A stretch of 62,888 bases of DNA, the filler included, from Vannella sp. (lineage: Eukaryota), in the NCBI GenBank assembly GCA_023345925.1. It is 6 parts of 6 records of this genome, joined end to end, with 100 filler letters (N's around TTAATTAATTAA, not from the genome) between each part and the next. Parts side by side here need not be neighbours in the genome. Positions count along the whole stretch, not along the records: positions 51,693 to 62,888 come from JAJQQN010000725.1; 5 more parts are not named here. One strand, 5' to 3'. Each line of letters opens with the position of its first letter. The first letter of the stretch is position 1. This document shows, piece by piece, positions 57,559-62,888 of the stretch. The position numbers and the translations under genes were made by a program. The notes under the pieces are model-generated. The model did no database searches and was not told the DNA's origin. It saw only the letters and a program-made list of their open reading frames with translations.

Positions 57559-59095
57559 ATGCTCGACATCGCCATGTTCCGAGAGGAGAAGGGAGGAAAC
57601 CCTGATCTGATCCGAGAGTCTCAAAGACGCCGCTTTGAAAGTGTTGAACTCGTGGATGAAGTCATCGCCAAAGACCAGGAGTGGAGAGATGGTCTGTTGC
57701 CCCTTTGGCGTTCCCCGTTCCTTCTGACTTTCCCTCCCCAGCTCGTGGTGCCCTTGATGAAGCAAACGGAGCCCTCAACAAGATCGGCAAGGAGATCGCC
57801 CAAGTCATGAGGGTACGGCTCCTTTCGCTCCTCCTGCACGCCTTCTTGGCTAACAAACAAGCGTCCAGGAGAGTAAGGGAGACAAGAACGCTGTCGCCCC
57901 TCAATTGGAGCGCAAGGCAGAGGTGGAAAAGACCATTGCTGAGTTGAAGGCTCGCGTGGTCGAGTTGAAGGCTCAGCTGGACAAGAAGCTTCACACTGTT
58001 GGCAACCTGGTCGACGAGACTGTCCCTGTGTTTGAGGATGAAGAGAACAACCGCGTGGAGCGCACCTGGGGAGAGTGCAAGCCTCTTGGTGCAGGTCGCC
58101 CTCACCACGAGCTGCTGTGGATGATTGACGGTTATGAGCCTGAACGAGGTGTTGCCATTGCTGGCGCTCGCCAATACTTCCTCAAGGGAATCGGAGTCCG
58201 TCTGCAGATGGCTCTGGTGAACTATGGAATGAACTTCCTCGCCAACCACGGCTACACCGCCCTTCAGGTGCCCCTGATGATGCGTCAAGACATCATGGCA
58301 GAGACTGCTGAGCTAGCCCAGTTCGATGAGGAGCTCTACAAGGTCACTGGAGACGGAGAAGACAAGTATCTCATCGCCACTTCAGAACAACCCATCTCTG
58401 CTTACCACCGTGGCGAGTGGATGAGCCCTAAGCAGCTCCCCATCAACTATGCTGGCTACTCCACTTGCTTCCGCAAGGAAGCAGGCTCCAGCGGCCGTGA
58501 GACTTGGGGGATCTTCCGCGTCCACCAGTTCGAGAAGGTCGAGCAGTTCGTGATCACCAAGCCTGAGCTCTCTCAACAGGCTCACGAGGAGATGTGCGCT
58601 CACTCTGAACAGTTCCTCCAGTCCGTAAGTTGCTTCTGGGCTGTCGTATGGGGTCGGTGGCTCATGTGCGGGACTCTGTAGCTTGGTATTCCCTTCCAGG
58701 TGATCAGCATCGTCTCTGGAGGCCTCAACAAAGCGGCAGCAAAGAAGTACGACATCGAAGCGTGGTTCCCTGGCTACAACCAGTACAAGGAGGTTGTCAG
58801 CTGCTCCAACTGCACAGATTACCAGTCCCGCCGCATGCAGATCCGTTACGGAGAGAGCAAAGTCGCCAACCAGACAGTCCAGCCTTACGTTCACATGCTC
58901 AACGGCACTCTGTGCGCGACCACTCGCACTCTTTGCGCCATTCTGGAGAACTACCAAACGCCAGAGGGTATCCGCATCCCTGAGGTGCTCCGTCCTTACC
59001 TGCACCTCCCTGCGGACCAAGAGTTGATCCCCTTCACTCGTGAGTTGCTCCCAGTCAAGGTCACCACCAAGAAGGGAGCCAAGGATCAAGCTTAA
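57559..59095 (+). CDS. SARS1: Cytosolic seryl-tRNA synthetase
   Basis: [42 protein letters not shown]...[40 protein letters not shown]; three introns. Confidence 0.97.
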
Positions 59096-59161
59096 GCTGC
59101 CAACGGGTCCTCTGCAGGCCATAAACAGCATCTCTGTCACTCGATCATCTACAAGAGAGCT

Positions 59162-60220
59162 TTACTCCTTCCTTTGAGAGGTTGGCGACGCTCCCACAGC
59201 GTACAGATCCATGGGAAGGGCACTGTCCACCCTCGGCGTGATGGATCGAGTCTTGGGAGCGAGGGAAGGCGTGGTTTTCACTTCTTGTACGGTCAAGTAT
59301 ATAGAGAGGCTACCAATGACGATCACAGAGAGCGCCATGAAGTACTGAAAAGCCCCCAACCACGCCGGAGGAGCGCCTTCACGGGGTGTACACTCTTCGT
59401 CGTCAATGAATAGCAGCCCATTCAAGGACTGGAAGCCCAGACCAACTCCTGGGTTGAGTGAAACCATCCAAAAGCTTTGCGTGGGCAACTCAAACACTTG
59501 AAAGCGCGCCACATTCATCCGCAGGAGGGATACTTCCCATCCTTCTTCGATCTCCAGCAGACGAGGTATCTCAGGCAGTCTGGACGATGTGTGAGATACC
59601 GGGGAGAGTAAGGTATACACCTCTTACATCTGGCTAATGCCAGACGCGAAAAAGAACCCAAGGCGGACTCCCAACTCGGCCCGTGGTCCTGTTCCAAGGA
59701 GTAGTGAAGAGTAGCTGGCATCTAACGATGAGAAAGTACAAGATAAGGTCATCTGCTTACCGAACGGAGGTGGTTTGCCCCGCTGTGTTTGTGAGATGGA
59801 AGGTGATCGGCGTCCCTTTCGTTCTATGGCTTGTGAGGGGTGCCAAAGGATATCTGTGGGCGTTGAGAGCACGTACATCTTCCTTCCAAAGGCAAAGGTA
59901 GGCTTAAGATACCAGGAATAGGCCTCCATCTGAGTAAAGGGCCCGTTGTTGACACTGTTCGCTCTGTCGTAGCACCGAGTGATCTGCGATCCTACCAGAG
60001 ATGAGATCTTCATATCAGCAATGCATCACGCACCTCGGTTTGCGATGGCAGGATACTCCCGCAAGAGAACCTGAAGATAGTCCTCCTCCCCTCTCCGTTT
60101 CTCCTCCACCGCGTCATCAGCAGGTGCCTGATGCATCACACCAAACCTATTCGGCTGTGCATTGCCCCTCCGCTGCACGCACATCAAGCCTGCCCTTCCC
60201 CAGACCCTCGCGTGCTGCAT
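59162..60220 (-). CDS. Hypothetical membrane protein with a C-terminal TM (multi-exon; structure uncertain)
   Basis: Chain of ORFs separated by GT-AG intron candidates; TM FQYFMALSVIVIGSLSIYL. Confidence 0.45.
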
Positions 60221-60268
60221 CCGACGAAAAGATGGCTCTTCCGCCTCTATTTGAGGTGCCTGGAGGCG

Positions 60269-62128
60269 TTATGATGGAGGTTTGGGCTTGCCTGCCATAA
60301 AGCGAGCGAGTTTGGAGCGAAGAGAGGCCGCCTCTGGCTCAGGCAGTGGCACTGGTGGTTGGGTTGGGTTCCCAGCGGCTTCTTCAGGGCTTTCCAGGTC
60401 CAAATGGGCTTCCAGTTTGATTTGGAACTTGGCTTTGATCCACTCGTACCACTGGAACATGGTAAGAAGGGCTGGGGAGGGAGAGATGGAGAGAGTACCT
60501 CATGGAAAGGAATCTGGGCTCGAAGAACTTCTCGGTAAAGCGCCTCTGCGTTGACCCGAAAGACTCCCATAGATCCTAATGGAGCCTTCATAGCGCCAGA
60601 TATCTTCACCGCAGTGACCGCCTGTCCTTCATTAGCGAAAAGGCAGACTGACTTGGAACAACATTCTCACCAAAAAGAAGAAGTCTTCGCAGTTTTCTGG
60701 CGCCCCAAGGGGAGGAGCTACTCTCCCATCTATCTCATTACTGTTGAGAGCATCTCCTTCTTGGTCGGGGTCTGCTTCTGCATCCTTTGCTCGTTCAGCG
60801 CCAATCTGAGCTTGCAAGTCTCTCTCCAACTCAAACAGAAGATTCCCGCCTTCCTTCTCGTCCAACGGGGATGAAAGAGACTCGAAACTGAGCGTAGTCA
60901 ATAGTTAAGGTATCATGGAGGCGAGAGGAGAGAGGGAAAGGGAGAGGGAAAGGGAGGAGTGGGAAAGGATATTCTTCTTCTCTCTGCCTGTAGCGTGCAA
61001 CAGAGGCCCTTGCCTCATCAAGGAACCGGAGATGTTCTTTTCTTTCTTTCTCCAACTCCCGATTGCGAATGACCGTGTCCGCAGTGACTTCTTCAATTCT
61101 GGACTTTTCCCACAGCAACTCACTTATTCGTTTGTCTTGTTCTTGTATCAGCTGGTCAGCCTGTCCGAGTTCGTTATCTCACATCCATTTGTACGACATC
61201 TGCAGCAGTCTGACCTCTTGTAACTTCTCCAAGTACGAAGCAGCTTTCCTCTTTAGCGGATCCTCAACCGTCACCTCTGGTCTCACATCGCCTAGCTCCT
61301 TCTCCAACTGCCTCTGAGCTTCTGAAAGGGTAATAAATGAGTTTTGAAAGAACTCAATAAGAGCAGCGAACCCTACCTTGTGCTTGGCGTAGTTCGGCTT
61401 GCACTGCTCGGAGTTCCTTTCGCAGCTCCGATTTCTCTCCTTCTAACTGATCACGCGATACCTTATCTTCTCCACTCTTCAAAAACATCTTTTCAGCCTC
61501 CTGGCGATGCTGGAGCATCTCCTTTGCCTGCTTTCGAGCCCGAAGTAGTTCTTCGTTCTTGTGATCTATCTCGTTCAAGAGAGAAGCGTTACTTGCGGTC
61601 GCTTGGTTCAGTTGATCGCTTAATAAAGACACCCTCTGTACAGAGAGTAAACAGTGAGCACTTCTTATCCAGAGTAAACAGACGAACCTGGCGAAGAATT
61701 CTCATCTCTTGTACGTCACTGCTACCTTGGGGGGCTCTGACGATCTCCTCTGCTCTCTAGAGTGTACATTGTGGGTTTCTGTCCTCAAGCATCTGCCAGT
61801 CAAGGCTTACCAGGGCTCCTTGGGAAGAAAAAGCCAACTCTGTGCGACATTCGGCAAGTTGGCGGAACAGAACCTCCACCTCTTGATTGCGAGCCTCGAT
61901 ACGGTTATTCAGAGCTTCGTTGTCGGCCTCCAAGCTTGCAATCCGCCCTAACAACGCCGAACCAAACTCTTTCCCTTCGTTAGCGCTGTTCCCTTCCCTC
62001 TTCCTCCCCATACCAGCCGCCACAGTCAAGTCATGGTTCTTAACTCTAATGAGCTCCTGCACCACACCCACAGACACTTGCTGCTCAGGAGAAGCTGCGA
62101 AAAGGAGCTCCTCCTCATCCGAGGGCAT
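60269..62128 (-). CDS. Long coiled-coil protein with an N-terminal CC1-box motif (multi-exon)
   Basis: Splicing 61969-62013 gives KNHDLTVAAEFGSALL; heptad-rich exons; C-terminal LYREV..AQIPFHE|WYEWI block. Confidence 0.7.
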
Positions 62129-62300
62129 CGCCAAACTGCCTTCCCATTGGTCCATTTCTCGGGTAGCTCATTGGTCCACTCGTTTCCTTTCCCTTCCCAA
62201 CCTCGCTGTAAAACAATTCACTTTGGTTGAGTTTAGTAAATTCGACGAACGCAATAAAGGGGAATGGGAGAGGAGGAAAAGGTTCTTTCTGTTTCAGGTC

Positions 62301-62888
62301 ATGTCCGGGGAGGCCGTGGCTGCGACTCAATTGCGTCAGGAGGAAGATGCGAAGGCGGCAACTAACAAGAACGTGGAGAAGAAGCCCACCACACCCCAAG
62401 CTGACGAAGACGACGATGTAGCGATTGTAGAACGACGACAAGTCGAGACGCCCGCTGCGTCGAAGGAAGCCACCGCAGCTTCATCAACCACCTCAAACGA
62501 TATCAAAGCATCCCAAGACAACAAATCCGTCGCCAAAGACTCATCGTAAGACCAACCTCCTCTCCTGCCAGCGATCTGCACGATCTTCCACGTGCGGAAC
62601 TGGAGCATTTTCTTACCATTTTTGCGGGTATTGGGATACACAGGAAAGCATCTGGAGCCGTTGAAGAGACGTCTGCTTGGGCTGATGACAAAAACTTGGA
62701 CAAACCCCGCGCATCACCCACCAACCAAGGTGCAAAGGGAAAGCCTGCAGCAGGAAACTCGACCAAGACTCCTGCTGGAGCAGAAAAAGCTGGTTGGACG
62801 CCGAAGGACGGAGATAACAGCTTTTTGGACAGCACGCCAGCCTCCACTGAAGGAGCCGCAGCAATCCGCGCCAAGAAACCTAAGAAGG
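62301..62888 (+). CDS. Low-complexity Ala/Lys/Pro-rich protein, 5' fragment
   Basis: ATG 62301 (MSGEAVAATQ), intron candidate near 62546, frame runs off the window. Confidence 0.45.

Overview
Gene-dense eukaryotic (protist, probably amoebozoan-like; inference) sequence using the standard genetic code, with short GT-AG introns (mostly ~30-60 nt). It is six contigs joined by five artificial 100-nt N/TTAATTAATTAA/N linkers, so adjacency across linkers is meaningless. Recognisable housekeeping genes include separase (missed by the ORF track because it runs off the left edge), RPN11, SF3B5, RPS29, mitoribosomal bL20m and mL52, ERG24, YIP1, MFSD1, TMEM104, ALDH7, ArfGAP, PTC7 and SerRS. Main points of interest: (1) an unnamed ~110-aa domain in three intronless genes, a candidate lineage-specific DNA-binding family, two copies of which flank a GIY-YIG-like orphan; (2) a ~180-bp non-coding element on two contigs with a 33-bp identical hairpin core; (3) tandem GPS/GAIN single-pass receptors whose stop codons are split by an intron; (4) an alphaproteobacterial-type acyl-CoA ligase fused directly to eukaryotic DNA; (5) unusual architectures and pseudoenzymes (LRR-multipass-TM kinase, F-box plus PD-(D/E)xK-like domain, CC1-box coiled coil, LAP1/LULL1-like protein, Ank-Rab, pseudokinase, pseudo-mannosidase). 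All family calls are by eye from motifs; no searches were run.
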